Shown: one piece after another, positions 21,806 to 33,899 of the stretch
Layout of the letters: every line of letters begins with the position of its first letter
Position numbering within the stretch: position 1 is the first letter of the stretch
Origin: an uncultured Methanosarcinaceae archaeon
GTDB taxonomy: Archaea; Halobacteriota; Methanosarcinia; Methanosarcinales; Methanosarcinaceae
Direction: 5' to 3'
DNA length: 64,000 nucleotides
NCBI GenBank assembly: GCA_963727895.1
Contig: CAVSHT010000009.1
Location: forward strand, 96,001-160,000
Notes under the pieces: generated by a model
Database searches by the model: none
Seen by the model: only the letters and a program-made list of their open reading frames with translations
What the model was told of the DNA's origin: nothing
Position numbers and translations under genes: made by a program

Positions 21806-22191
21806 GTTATTAACCTCAAGCTTTCTGTGATCTGTAAAATCTGTCTATAAAATTAAGTTGTAATTAAGGTAAAAGTGAGTTAGACCATAAAAGGAGCGTA
21901 ATTATATATAATACTTTTTAAAAAATTAACTTTAACCTAAATCAATTTTACTTTACTTTAATGTCTATAGTTATTGAAAAATATAAGATATATGATTAAA
22001 ATAAATATTTTATAGATATAGAACCAAATTTCATTGAGTCAAAAACAAGTAAAACTGTTTTATGGGTCTTTGGAGAATGATTAAATAAAGTATCAAAATA
22101 AATTTTGGAGAAGGATGAATAAGAACCTATCCGAAAAATAAGTGTTAGCATGTTATGTGTCTTTGGGAGCTGAACAACTGATAGTCTCTAA

Positions 22192-22430
22192 GAGGCTGTC
22201 TTAAAATTCAAATCATTTCTACATTTGGATAGTGGGCATTGTTGATTTCAAATTCAGATCGTAAATTTATTGCATCGAGATTATTCGCGAGAGGTATGAA
22301 ATCAAATACATTAAACATCATGGTTAAAAATTACACTTTAGGCATTTAATGACTTAACGTACCGTTTTGAAGTTCAAATGCTTAAGTCCTGTTCCAATTG
22401 TATAATCAAATTTAATTTTAAGACACGCTC
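22192..22430. mobile_element. MITE, IS5-family-like (239 bp)
   Basis: TIRs GAGGCTGTCTTAAAATT / AATTTTAAGACACGCTC (15/17), flanked by TAA...TAA; no ORF. Confidence 0.72.
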
Positions 22431-22478
22431 TAAGCAAACTGAAAAATACTCAAGGTTCCCATGACCACACATAGCCCT

Positions 22479-23330
22479 TTATTTCAAATCTTGCGGCTGC
22501 TTATGCTTAGGAACAACTGGCAATTCTGTAGTAGTTATCAAAATTGGGCTTTCAATATCTATTTCCCTCTCAATCACTAATTCTTTTCCTTTCTTAGTGA
22601 GAGCAAATAGTGGAATTGCAGCAGCTACTTGAACTATGGGTTTTGCAAGTTCCCTTATATACTTAGAAGCACAACTGGTCACTAGGTCTGAATTTTCCAG
22701 AAGACCTTGAGCTTCTTCCTTGCTGACACCTGTAACATGTACCGCAATTATTATAAGATCAAGCCCAAGTTCAGCCTCGAGTTCTCTCAGATTTTTTGCA
22801 GTTTTTGAATCAGCAGTGGTTACTGCAACCTTTTTGTAATCAAGTTCTGCAGCTTTCTTTGCTCCTCCTACAGGGTCTATTGATGCAGTTTTAGTATCAA
22901 GCACAATCCCACCGAGTTTTTGAATTCCATTTATAACATCCTCAATGGATTCAGTTTCGACCAAACCTGACATCCTGCCTCCCATACCCTGGACGAGCTC
23001 TGGATTATCGGATATAACAGTTCCTGCTCCGTCACAGGCGGTTACAGTTGCATCAAGAAAACCACTGCGTAAACCAGACATCATTATTTCTGAAGCTCCA
23101 AAAGCTACAAAAGTATCATGCCCAAGGAGATGACGCCTGGCTGTGAACATTCCATAGTCTTTTATCTTGGATTCTACATTCTTTTTGACTTATTCAGAGG
23201 TAATTTTCTGGACACCGCTTAGCTTGTCAATGAGAGGACACCATTCAAGTTCAGACTCTCCAATTTCGATTACTTCACCATCCTTTACTACTACCCTTGT
23301 TTTTCCCATTATTTCCATTATGTGAGGCAT
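22479..23330 (-). pseudogene. DUF2099 / methanogenesis marker protein 8-like, in-frame stop
   Basis: HIMEIMGKTRVVV...WCPL, FGASE, ACDGAGTVI, GGRMSGLV; TAA at 23190-23192 in frame with both halves. Confidence 0.8.
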
Positions 23331-23340
23331 GATTGTACCT

Positions 23341-23772
23341 TCAATTATTGGCACTTTTAGCTTTGGCTTCTGCCTTGGAGTTAAATTTGGCAGCGTCAAT
23401 TAGAAATCTCTCATGTGTGCCCTCAGAAATCTTGTCAACGCCATCATCAGCTATAATTGAAAAAGTGAGCTTTCGTCCCTCTATTGTTTCCAATTTTGTC
23501 TTTACCGTAATGGTCAAACCGGGTGAATTAGCCGTCGAATGGCTTAATCTAACACCAGTGCCCACATTCTGCTCAGCAGGGAAGTCTAAATAGGGATTTA
23601 TTGCTTGAATACAAGTCCATTCAAATAATCCAACCATGAACCCAGTAGCAAAAACTTTTGGCATAACCTGAAATTCAGGTGATTCTGGATAAAGGAAAGG
23701 AACAGTCTTATTCTCTGATATTTTGAACTTGAATTCGTAAGCTAGACCAGGTTTCAAAGAAGAACTATCCAT
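23341..23772 (-). CDS. Thioesterase, fluoroacetyl-CoA thioesterase (FlK)-like hotdog fold
   Basis: VFATGFMVGLFEW, VGTGVRLSH, ISEGTHERF; GGAGG upstream of ATG 23772. Confidence 0.85.
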   Translation of the reverse strand: MDSSSLKPGLAYEFKFKISENKTVPFLYPESPEFQVMPKVFATGFMVGLFEWTCIQAINPYLDFPAEQNVGTGVRLSHSTANSPGLTITVKTKLETIEGRKLTFSIIADDGVDKISEGTHERFLIDAAKFNSKAEAKAKSANN

Positions 23773-24263
23773 ATATAACCTCCTTTTAGAACATTCTACA
23801 CAAATAACTTCTTTAACTCTGGGACTTAGCAGCTGAACTGATGAAAAAGTAGCAATAAACATTAAATGTCTAAAATACAAATTAAAACAACAACTTGTAA
23901 CAACTTTTGTTTTTTAATTCAAGTACCTTAGTCTCATACTTAAGATTCTTTTAAGTTCTATTAAGTGTTTATGGTCTCAAAATAAGGAAGATGTTTAATT
24001 ACCTGATTTATAGTTAAAAATGTATAAGAGTCTATTAGATTCGTCATTTAACATGTTGTATAAATTACTTTGACCTATACCTAATATTCATTCCGGTGTG
24101 CATAGTGCCTACAACAATATAGGAAGTCACAAAACTTATCGGATAGGTTCTAGTATCAAAATAAATTTTAGAGAGGGAAAATAATGTATAAGAATATATT
24201 TTCCTTTAAATATATTTAAAGAAAAAGGTACTGGAAAATTTTGTAACTAGATTAAGAGATTTT

Positions 24264-25181
24264 TTACTTTCTCTTTTTATTTTGTTCCGTAACTAACTGG
24301 ATAGTTTCCCTGTGGAGGGTTAATATGAAATCACTCAAGGTCCCGAAAATAAACATCTGAAGGCCGAATATAATCAATAAGGTTGTAAGAATGGTAAGTG
24401 GAATATGATCGATTCTCCTGAACCACTCGATTATAACAAAAGTTCCTGTGAACAGGCCTGCCATGATTAAGATAAAACCTATAATTCCAAAGTAAAACAT
24501 GGGATTATGCATTTTTGCAAGCTTGTAAATAGTAGACCCGATTCTGAACCCATCTTTTACCGGATTTAGCTTGGTTGCACCTTTTTCACTTCTTGGGAGA
24601 TAAGTGATAGGGACTTCTTTAACCTTCTGTTTTTTAAGAATGCATTCCACAGAAATCTCGGTCTCGATTTCAAAGCCTGTCTTGTTAAGTTCAAGCTCTT
24701 TTACACTTTCAAGCGTAAATGCACGGTAGCCTGAGAGAATATCTTTTAATTTCACTTCATATGCAATGTCAAAAAACATGTTTATAAGGTGGTTGCCCAC
24801 AAGATTGAGTCTTGTAAATGCGCCAGAAGAATAGTTCTCCAGCCTGTTACCTATAACATGATCGGCGCAATTTTCCAGAATAGGTTTAAGGAGAGAATGA
24901 GCATCTTGGGCAAGATATGTACCATCTCCGTCTATTAATAATATATAAGGGCAATCTAATAACCCAAAAGCCTGAATCATTGCCTGGCCTTTACCTTTTC
25001 CAGTTTGCATGACAACTTTTGCGCCTTCAGCTTCTGCAATTTGCCCTGTGCCATCTTTGCTGTTTCCATCGATTACCAGAATGTTGGAAAAGCCTTCTTG
25101 CCTAAAGTCCTTAATAAGCTGCCCTATTGTTGCAGCTTCGTTCAGGGTGGGAATAAGAATGCAAATATCTGCGCTGTTCAC
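24264..25181 (-). CDS. aglJ: GT2 glycosyltransferase, AglJ-like
   Basis: LIPTLNEA, IDGNSKDGT, IDGDGTY, SGYRA, GFEIETE; two C-terminal TM helices. Confidence 0.82.
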   Translation of the reverse strand: MNSADICILIPTLNEAATIGQLIKDFRQEGFSNILVIDGNSKDGTGQIAEAEGAKVVMQTGKGKGQAMIQAFGLLDCPYILLIDGDGTYLAQDAHSLLKPILENCADHVIGNRLENYSSGAFTRLNLVGNHLINMFFDIAYEVKLKDILSGYRAFTLESVKELELNKTGFEIETEISVECILKKQKVKEVPITYLPRSEKGATKLNPVKDGFRIGSTIYKLAKMHNPMFYFGIIGFILIMAGLFTGTFVIIEWFRRIDHIPLTILTTLLIIFGLQMFIFGTLSDFILTLHRETIQLVTEQNKKRK

Positions 25182-25287
25182 GTCTCACACATATCCTTTG
25201 CCGGAATCTCTACGCGCATCGCAGAATCCGTTTTATTGTAAATTAGTCTCTTTCTAGAAAAGTGGTATATTAAAATATTGAGGGTTC

Positions 25288-25839
25288 TTATAACAGTCCC
25301 ATGTTGTCGAGCTGCTGACGGACGACTTCGACACCTCTCTCACAATCATTAGGAGTCTTGCCACCTGTAACTACCAATTTTCCGGAGCTGAAAATAAGCA
25401 CAACTACTTTGGGGTCATCGATCCTGTACACAAGGCCAGGGAATTGCTCAGGCTCGTATTCAATGTTTTCAAGTCCAAGCCCTATCGCAATTGCATTCAG
25501 GTTCAAAATAGTATGCAGATCTGCGGAAGCAACAATATTCTGGACAGTAATCAGGGGGTTCTCTATCATCTTAATCCCGATGCTGCTCAGCTGTTTCGCT
25601 ATGTTACCTATAACTATGTGAACGTCGGCAACATTTTTTGCCCCTGTACAGACAACCTTGCCGGAAGTAAAGATCAGGAATGCAGCTTTAGGATCTGAAA
25701 CTCTGTATACGAGCCCAGGAAACTTCTGTTTGTTATATTCGGCTCCTTCGAACTTGGATTCAATATCATTTAAGTCGAATTCCTCAGCGAGTTTGGTGGA
25801 TGCAACCACGTTTTCGATCTTGATGCTAGATTCGCTCAT
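25288..25839 (-). CDS. tbp: TATA-box-binding protein
   Basis: Twofold repeat NVVAS...FPGLVYR...IF.SGK.V.TG.K. Confidence 0.97.
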   Translation of the reverse strand: MSESSIKIENVVASTKLAEEFDLNDIESKFEGAEYNKQKFPGLVYRVSDPKAAFLIFTSGKVVCTGAKNVADVHIVIGNIAKQLSSIGIKMIENPLITVQNIVASADLHTILNLNAIAIGLGLENIEYEPEQFPGLVYRIDDPKVVVLIFSSGKLVVTGGKTPNDCERGVEVVRQQLDNMGLL

Positions 25840-26028
25840 TCGTAAACCCTCAGTATATAAAGCAAAGGTAATATCCTCTATCCAGTATATAAAGCTATAG
25901 TAAAATACTTTGTATACTATATAAATACTTTATATATAGAATATAAATACGACAGAAAAACTTAAATTCAGGGCTTCCATGACTAAAAAGAAATTGATAT
26001 AGAAATCAGTGAAAAATTATATTCATTT

Positions 26029-27156
26029 TCAGGCACTTCCATCTTCAAAATTCTTAAGTCCTTCAAGAACGGAATCATACTTTGTACAGACTCTCTGGAG
26101 AAGATCGCCCTCAATACTGCGGTGTGTAGGTATAAGGATCTGAGCTCCATTTCCTATTTTAGCTCCACTTTTTGAGGTTCCATAATCAGGAGCTATAAGG
26201 ATTCCATCTGCAGAAATTCTAAGGGAAAGGTCGTTTACGATTCTTGAGACCATTTCAGTTGCAGGTCTTACCTTCTTGTCGATAAGAACAGCAGAAGAAA
26301 CATATCTTTCCCTTAATCCCTCGGATTTTCTTTATGTTACTTTCTACTGTTTTGGGATCTACTATCATCGGGAAGTTCCTCGGCAATTAACGCAATCGCT
26401 TCTATAAGGTCTTCAAAAGTTGTTGAATGCACCTCAAGGATTTCTCCGTCGCAATACTGCCTTACAGTATCGGGGTAACCAGCCGAGATCACTACCACAT
26501 CTGCCTCAAGCAGGCGGGAAATTTCCTCCTTTGATGGCGAATATGCATTAGCTACAAAGTATTCCCTGATTCCACACATGACTCATCAGAGACTCATACA
26601 TTGGAGTTACAGCAATAGTCTTCTTTCCAATCCAGAGATCTATCTCACTCTGTTCTCCCTGTGATCTCAAAAGTTCAAGGATTTTTTCTTTTATGGCTTT
26701 CGGATCGTTTCTTTTGAGCCCAAAATAATCTGCAAAAAGAGGAGTTGTGGAGAGTTCCCTGCTTCTCCCGCAAGGTATAGACTCCACAAAGCCTCGCTCT
26801 ATAAGATCCTTTATGTGGTCATAAGCTCCGCTTCCTCGCATATCAATGAGATCCGACTGGAGCAAAGGCTGATGATAGGCAATCATTGAAAGGGTACGAA
26901 GTTTAGGGGCTGAAAGCTCTTTTGGAGCAACTTCCCGCATAAGTTCAGAATATTCGGGTTTTACCTGCATGACATACCTCTCTCCAAGATCAAGAATCTC
27001 TATCCCTGATCTCCGAGAAGAATAAGCCTCTGTCAATTCTTGTACTGCCAAAGCGACGGTTTTTTTGGGTTTTCCTGTGATTTTTGTAAGCTTTTCGAGG
27101 CTTACTGCCCTTCCAGCAGCGAAAAGCGCGGCTTCGATAATTTCAAGCTCACTCAT
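26029..27156 (-). pseudogene. scpB: Segregation/condensation protein ScpB with C-terminal extension, two frameshifts
   Basis: IIEAALFAAG, LRTLSMIAYHQP, TTPLFADYFGL; continues in ORFs 26337-26579 and 26029-26253 in other frames. Confidence 0.8.
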
Positions 27157-27313
27157 AAATATCACTTCCAGAAAAAAAATAAAAACATTCTTCAATCATG
27201 TTAATTGGTAATCGAATGGATTTAATAATCGAAATAACTTGAGTAATGATTATTACAGGTTTTTGTTAAGAATACTACAAAATGCAAAGAATATTCAAAA
27301 TATAAAGTAATAT

Positions 27314-28333
27314 TCAAGAAACAGTTATCTCAGGTCCTTCACCCAGATTTTCATGTGGTGGAACACCTTCTGTCGAATCTGGCTCTGAGAGATCTTTAGT
27401 GTCAGATTTTGAAATTTCGGCTTTTGATTTAATTCTCATCTCATGGAAAAATGATGGATTTGCTTCTGTGGAGAAACCGGACTCTTCTCCCGGATAGATA
27501 TATAATTCGTCAAAAAGTTCCTTCTGGAAAAGCCAGATCTTCTTATTTGAGGCAAGGAAAAGAAGAGATAAATAATCCATAATTTTATCTTCACTTGTTT
27601 TCATGAAACTAGAAAAGAATACTACAGGCTGCTCTGTAAATAGTTCAGTAAGCCTTTCCCATATTATTGTCATCCGCGAGCCAATTACTTCTTCATGCGC
27701 AATTCCCAGAATGTCTCCGGTAGTAAGTTTAGGGCGAAGATCAGATTCTTCTGAACTTCGACTGGCTTTTTTTTCATTTTTTCTTGAGAGGCTTTTTTCA
27801 GCTTTTTTTAGCTCAATAATTAGTTCGTTAAGTGTGACCGGTCTCGTGGAAATCCGCCTGACAGGAAGCTTTGGAATAGGGAATTTATCAGGTTCAGTAA
27901 ACTCGGAATCATCAGAAAAATCAGGCCCAAAATCCTTGATTTCTTCCTCCTCTACCTCAAATAATCCAGAAGATTTCATGCGCAGGAGGATTGCAGAATA
28001 AAGAAGTGTCCTTGAAGAAATTCTCAGATCCATCTTTTTGAGTTCTTCTATCCTTCCCAAAAAACTGTCAGTTAACTTTACTATATCTATATCCCAGGGA
28101 TCAATTTTTCCATCCTTCACAAGCTCAACCAGTATCCCCAATGATTCAGAGGTCTCAAACTCTGAAATTTCAAGCACGTTCCAATCGATTCCAAGATCAG
28201 AAAGAGTTGTTGGCAACTCATAAGTTTCATGGTCTGTTAATAAAGAGTCCCCTTCATCGGATTCAGAAATTAAGTTATCTTGAAGTTGCTGAACTTCAAG
28301 TGCTGCTTCTGAATTGTCAGAAAATTCAGTCAT
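27314..28333 (-). CDS. scpA: Segregation/condensation protein ScpA (kleisin)
   Basis: IDPWDIDIV, SAILLRMKS, RPVTLNELI; between smc and scpB. Confidence 0.9.
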   Translation of the reverse strand: MTEFSDNSEAALEVQQLQDNLISESDEGDSLLTDHETYELPTTLSDLGIDWNVLEISEFETSESLGILVELVKDGKIDPWDIDIVKLTDSFLGRIEELKKMDLRISSRTLLYSAILLRMKSSGLFEVEEEEIKDFGPDFSDDSEFTEPDKFPIPKLPVRRISTRPVTLNELIIELKKAEKSLSRKNEKKASRSSEESDLRPKLTTGDILGIAHEEVIGSRMTIIWERLTELFTEQPVVFFSSFMKTSEDKIMDYLSLLFLASNKKIWLFQKELFDELYIYPGEESGFSTEANPSFFHEMRIKSKAEISKSDTKDLSEPDSTEGVPPHENLGEGPEITVS

Positions 28334-31300
28334 TAAACTTCACCCCAGTAATGCTCGTGAGGTTATTTTCCTGCATTGTAACCCCAATTGTCCGCTTTGC
28401 AGCCTGAATCATAGGTTTTCTTAAGGAAACAACAATAAACTGAACTTTTGAGCCTGAGGTTTTAACGCGTCTTGAAACTCTTTCCACATTCCTGCCGTCC
28501 AAAAACATATCGATTTCATCAAAAGCGTAAAAAGGAGCAGGACGATATTGCTGGATAGCAAATATGAAAGCAAGAGCTGTAAGGCTTTTTTCCCCTCCGG
28601 ACATTGCTTCGATCCTCTGGAGAGTTTTTTCTTTAGGCTGCGCCTGAATAGTCATCCCTCCTGCAAAAGGGTCATCGGGATTTTCAAGCAGAAGTTCACC
28701 CATACCATCGGAAAGCTCATGGAATATTTCCATGAAGTTGGAATTAATGCCTGTATAGGATTCCATAAAAGCATCCCGCTTTAATTGCTCATACTGTTCA
28801 ATGCGTTCAAGGAGTTGCTCTCTCTCGGTAAAAAGAGTGTCACGTTTTCCCTGCAAATCCGAAAGCCTTAATTCTACCTCATTATACTCGTCAATTGCTC
28901 GCATGTTTACAGGTTCAAGCTTCTTGAGGGCTTCATCTATTGCCTGAATCCGCATGTAAACGGTTTCGTAATTCGGAACCTCATCAGTTTCTTCTATGCC
29001 TCTTTTAAGGATTTCTTCAAAAAACTGCTTTTTCTGGTCAAAAAGCGCATTCTTTGTAGCCGTGAGCGTAAGCATCTGCTGCTTTGCTTTTTCAAGCGTA
29101 GTCGAGGCAATGCTTACTCTGCGCTTGGCAACACTGTGTTCAGCCTGAACCTTTTCCCGCTCTTGCTGAAGCCCTATCAATTCATCGGAAAGTTCAATAT
29201 CTCTGGTTTTCTTTTCTTCGAGTTTCTGCTCAAATTCCTTAATCTTTTTCTTCAAAGAGTTAACTTTCTCCAGTCTTGAAGCTTTCTTCTCATCAAGTTC
29301 CCGAATAAGTTCCTTTGCTTCGGTAATTTTCTGTTCAGCGTACTCTTTTTCAAGCTGCAAGGCGTTCAGAGTAGCTTCAGTATCCCGGATACGGCCATCA
29401 AGACGGCGGAGTTCTTCATCAACAAATTCGACCTTTTTATGGATTTCAGGCAGAGGAGACTCTGCAAGTTTTGCATCCAGTCCGGAAATCTGCAATCTCA
29501 AGTTCGGAAATAGCTTTTTCTTTCTCGGTTTTTTCTGCAATTACCCTGTCCATATCAGCCTTGAGTTCGGTTCTGGACTCTTCAATTGCTTTAAGATCAG
29601 CCTGTTTTTCCTCAAGAAGTTCAGCAAGTTTTGCTTCCCTACCTGCAATTTCTTCAAGCTGACGCTCTTTTCGTGAGGTATTAGCTTCGCAGTCCCGAAT
29701 TTTCCGGCTTAACTCGAAAAGATGGCTTTCAATGTTATCCTGTTTGCTTATAGCTGCATTTCGACTTGCATCAAGAGATTTGATTTCTTCCGCAAGTTCA
29801 AGCAATTTATCTTTTTCTGAAGCCGCAAAAGAAATTCCCGATTTAGAGGAAACTGATCCTCCTACCATTGCTCCGCTCTTTTCAAGAAGTTCACCTTCAA
29901 GAGTTGCCATCCTTGCTTTTCCCATGAAACAACGGGCACTGGCAAGGTTTTCCATAACAAGAGTATCCTGAAAAACATACCAGAAAGCAAGCTCAAAATC
30001 GGGATCGAACTCAATAAGATCAATTGCGTAACCTATTACTCCGTTTTCATAACTCAGGTTTTCAAGATGTTTTGCTTCTTTCATTTTGTTAAGGGGAAGA
30101 AAAGTAGCTCGTCCTCCTTTCCTTCGCTTCAGGTATTCAATTGCTTCAGCAACATCAGCATCCGTATCCACAACAATTGCTTGCATCCTGTTTCCTGCGG
30201 CAATCTCAAGAGCTGTTGAGTGTTTCTTGTCCACTTTTCCAAGCTGAGCAATGGTCCCATGAATTCCAAAAAGGTCTTCTTGCCTTGCAGCCCCTATAAC
30301 CATCTCTACAGCCCTGGAATAACTCCCTCCTTGTTCAGAAGCCCGTACCCTTGCTTCCGTAATTGCATATTCCTGCTGAAGACTGTGAAATCGATTTTCA
30401 AGGTTCCGGATATCTTCTTTTATCCTGAAATGGCTGCTTTCGATATCATCACGGTCTCGAATAAGGGATTCCATGTTTTCGGAAAGCTTTTCAAGTTCGT
30501 ACCTGACAGAGAGAGTATCACTATCTGAAGTAGTAACCGCAGTTTCAGCATCCTTAATCTGGTTTTCGATTTCCCTGAGTTCCAAAGATTTTCTTCGAAT
30601 AGTATCAAGAAACCTATCCTCAGTTCTAATTAGCTCGTTTTTTTCGTTTTTTGCATCTTCAAGTTTCTTTCTGACCTCCATGAGCTCATCCCTTGTAGCA
30701 GCAAATTTTGCGTCTACACCCGCAATTTTACTCTGGAGCAGCATGCGCTCGGTTTTACGTTCAGAAAGCTCTGAAGAGATGCTGTCTTTTCTCAGAGTTT
30801 CAGCTTCAACTTTTTCTTCGAGTTCTCTTATTTTGCCCTTTGTAGAATCAATCTCTACAAAGGCTTTCCTGCGTCTTGAATCAGAGTCCTCAAGTTCAGA
30901 TTCCGACAGTTCGATACTATCTACACAGCGAGAGATTTCTCCTTTAGTTTCCTCAATCTCTCTTTTAATTTGAAGCTGTTCATCCTCTCCTTTTTTTCTG
31001 ATTTCAACAGAAAGTTTTTCCAGTGTTTCTTCAAGAACCTGAAGTTCCTGCGCTCTTTCACCCAGGATGATCTTGACTTTTTCAAGATGTTCTTCCTTTC
31101 CTGCAAGTTCCTTATCCACGTTCTGCAGTTCAGCTCTTGCATCCTTGAGTTTGGAAAGCAGGACATACCCTTCGAATTTGATTTTTTCAGCCTTAAGCGC
31201 CTGGTATTTTAAGGCCTGGTCTCGTTCCCCTGCAAGTTTTTCTAACTGAGTGCGTACTTCTTCAAGGATTATATCTACACGCTCGATTTGCTGTCTTACT

Positions 31301-31855
31301 ATTTCCAGTTCTCCAAGTGCCTTTTGCTTGCGTTCGTCAAATTCTGAAACCCCTGCGATTTCGTCGATAATCTTTCTTCTTTCCACAGAGGTCATGGAAA
31401 TAATCTGCGTAATATCTCCCTGCATAACTACATTGTAACCTTCAGGCGTTATTCCTGCTTTTGCAAGCTGGGAATGGATTTCCCCGAGACTTACGGATTT
31501 TCCATTGAAATAAAAATAGCTGTAGTACCCGCTTTTTGTTCGCCGAATCTTTCTTGAGACCTCAATTTCGTCAAGTTCCAGAGGTAACTTATGGTCAGAG
31601 TTGTCAAAACGAATCGTAACCTGGGCAAAATCAGGTTTTTTTGTCGGATCTCCATTGTAAATCAGATCAGTAAGTTTTTCAGCTCGAAGAGTCCTTGAAC
31701 TGGTGAGCCCCAGTGCAAAGAGAATCCCATCTATTATGTTAGACTTTCCACTACCATTAGGACCGGAAATTGTGGTAAAGTCATTATAAAAGGAAATCTT
31801 TACTTTTTTTCCCAAAGGACTTAAAATTAATAAATTCAATCTCTTTTATATACAC
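28326..31855 (-). pseudogene. smc: Chromosome segregation protein SMC, two frameshifts
   Basis: GTG start reading YIKEIEFINFKSFGKK then shift in an A-run (~31804-31810); GPNGSGKS; hinge GRATFLPLN; second shift ~29490; MSGGEKS, FDEID. Confidence 0.88.
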
Positions 31856-31910
31856 AGAATTCCTCTGCAATTTTACGTTTTTGAGCAAGTTTCGGTCTTT
31901 TTAAATCTTA

Positions 31911-32925
31911 TTACGCCCGAGAACTTTTTCGGCTACATGTAATGACTTCAACATCTTCATTTTCCCGCACGTCCACGGATTCTTCTATGAGATGTTTTTT
32001 CGAAATTCTTTCGGCAATTATGTATTCACACTTATAATTATCTGCATGTTGGGTTTCAGCAGGTTTTGCCATATCGAGCAGAAGGCTGCTTTTGAGGGAA
32101 CGACGGTCCTGAAGGCTGTTGCCTGGTTCCGTTTTTATTGATGTCCTCTGCTTGGCAAGTTCTTTAATAGATGGTTGCTTAACAGATGGTTGCTGTCTAA
32201 CAGTACCTTTAGGCCGTCTTTTATCGACGTTTTCTGCAATTATATATTCACACTTAGTTTCGACGTCTTCTCTGTCAAGTTCTGCTGGCTCTATCTCCTT
32301 GAACTTCAGCTGAACTTTTGCACCTGTACCTGGCAGAGAGGCAGGAGCTTCCCTGAACTTACCCAGTCTATATGCTGGTTTTTCGTTTTGGAACTCCTTT
32401 TTTGGTCAAGTTTTCGGGAAAGAGGTGGAAGGTCAAGAGGATCTTCAGGAAGAGTCGAGAGTAATGGAAGATGGAATATCAGGAGGTTGAGCAACCGGAA
32501 CAGTCTTTTTTGCATCATCCAGCTCTCTAGTAAGATTTTCTATTTGTGTTTCCTAAATATTTTATTAGTGTTTTTTGGTCAAGTAATTCTCTGACAAGCC
32601 CATCCTGAACGCCTGTAAGTTCCTTCAGCTTCCGCTCAGTTTTCTCAGAGTCATTTTCCCCAGATGTTTTTAATTCCGTTCTTATTTCATTAAGGATCGA
32701 TGCTTTGAGTAAGGCAGGATTAGGAATTCCCATAAGCTCTGTCCTAATTTCGGAGAGGACAAGATCTTTGATGGAGTCCTTATCAGAAACATTTTCCATT
32801 TCGGTGCGCAGTTCGTTGAGAACCGAAACCTTAATCGATTTCTGGAGAGTCTCTAGCTCTTCATAGGTTATAGACAGTCGCCTTTTAAGCGGTGTATTAT
32901 GCATGTCTCTCTGTCCAGTTCTCAT
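31911..32925 (-). pseudogene. Hypothetical coiled-coil protein upstream of smc, fragmented
   Basis: Coding-like fragments in several frames (32527-32925, 32306-32518, tail ending TAA at 31911-31913). Confidence 0.55.
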
Positions 32926-33540
32926 AAAAGTACCTCTCATAATAAATTTGAGTTCCAATTTCCTGATAGCCTGAAGTCTTATGACAGGAAGGTGTATCAG
33001 CACATTATAATTAAATGGATTAAATCATAAGAATTTAAATAATATGTACAAAGTACATGTAATCTTACTTTATATATATATGGTAATCGATAGTACTTTT
33101 CTAGCTTTATAGATCTCTTAATTACAGAAAACTAACACTTTTCTATTTATCTTTGTCGAATTATTCTCCAAAAAATAATCGAATACACAGAGAGTAAAAT
33201 AAAACAATATATAAATTCTAAAAGATTTTTTAGGGAAAAACATAGAATCTGTAGAAGCAGGGAATGAAGAAAAATCAAATAACTTGAATTAAATTTCGAT
33301 ATATATTTTTAATACCTTGTATCATAAATAATAAATGCTAAAGACTAAGAGGCACTTTACATTAGAAAGAAATGGAGTAATATTTATGTTCAAATTTGGG
33401 ATAGACTCTCAAGGAAAGCAAAGAAAAAGATTGATTATTACAAAATAGGGGAATGAAATCCAAGCTTAACTCTAAAATACAATCAGTTAAAGGACGGATT
33501 TCAGCCAGGGAAATAAAATTTTTGAGGGAACGTGTGTTTT

Positions 33541-33780
33541 TTAGTTGATGGATGAAAAAGAATCCTTGAAATCGACCAGTACAGTTTCCCTTGTTTGAAT
33601 TTTTGGGGATGTACAATCCATTTCCGCAGCATTTTCGTTAACAACGGAACCGTGAGTTCCGATATTTTCAAGGAAAAATTGAACCTCATCAAGTTCGGGC
33701 TCGCGGAAATGATCCATTTCAATAATATCCATAATAACACTCAACACGTTTTTGTGTAAGTGATTGGTTATTCGGGTCAT
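33541..33780 (-). CDS. Small hypothetical protein
   Basis: 79-aa ATG ORF with AT-rich upstream region; no motif. Confidence 0.35.
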   Translation of the reverse strand: MTRITNHLHKNVLSVIMDIIEMDHFREPELDEVQFFLENIGTHGSVVNENAAEMDCTSPKIQTRETVLVDFKDSFSSIN

Positions 33781-33899
33781 TGGGAGTAATCATAATATAT
33801 CGTATATTAATAATTTACGGTAAACACAGGATTTTTTGAAAAGGACTAAACTAATATATTAATATATAAATGTTATGACCCGGATTAAGTATTATTTTT

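Larger units (their letters stand above)
22122..24151. mobile_element. Putative non-autonomous TIR-bounded segment carrying cargo genes
   Basis: 13-bp perfect IR AGAACCTATCCGA at 22122-22134 and 24139-24151; flanked by direct repeat AGTATCAAAATAAATTTT. Confidence 0.5.

Noticed and set aside
21806..22080. TPP riboswitch upstream of thiC
   Set aside because: Very AT-rich; no CTGAGA core or stems seen
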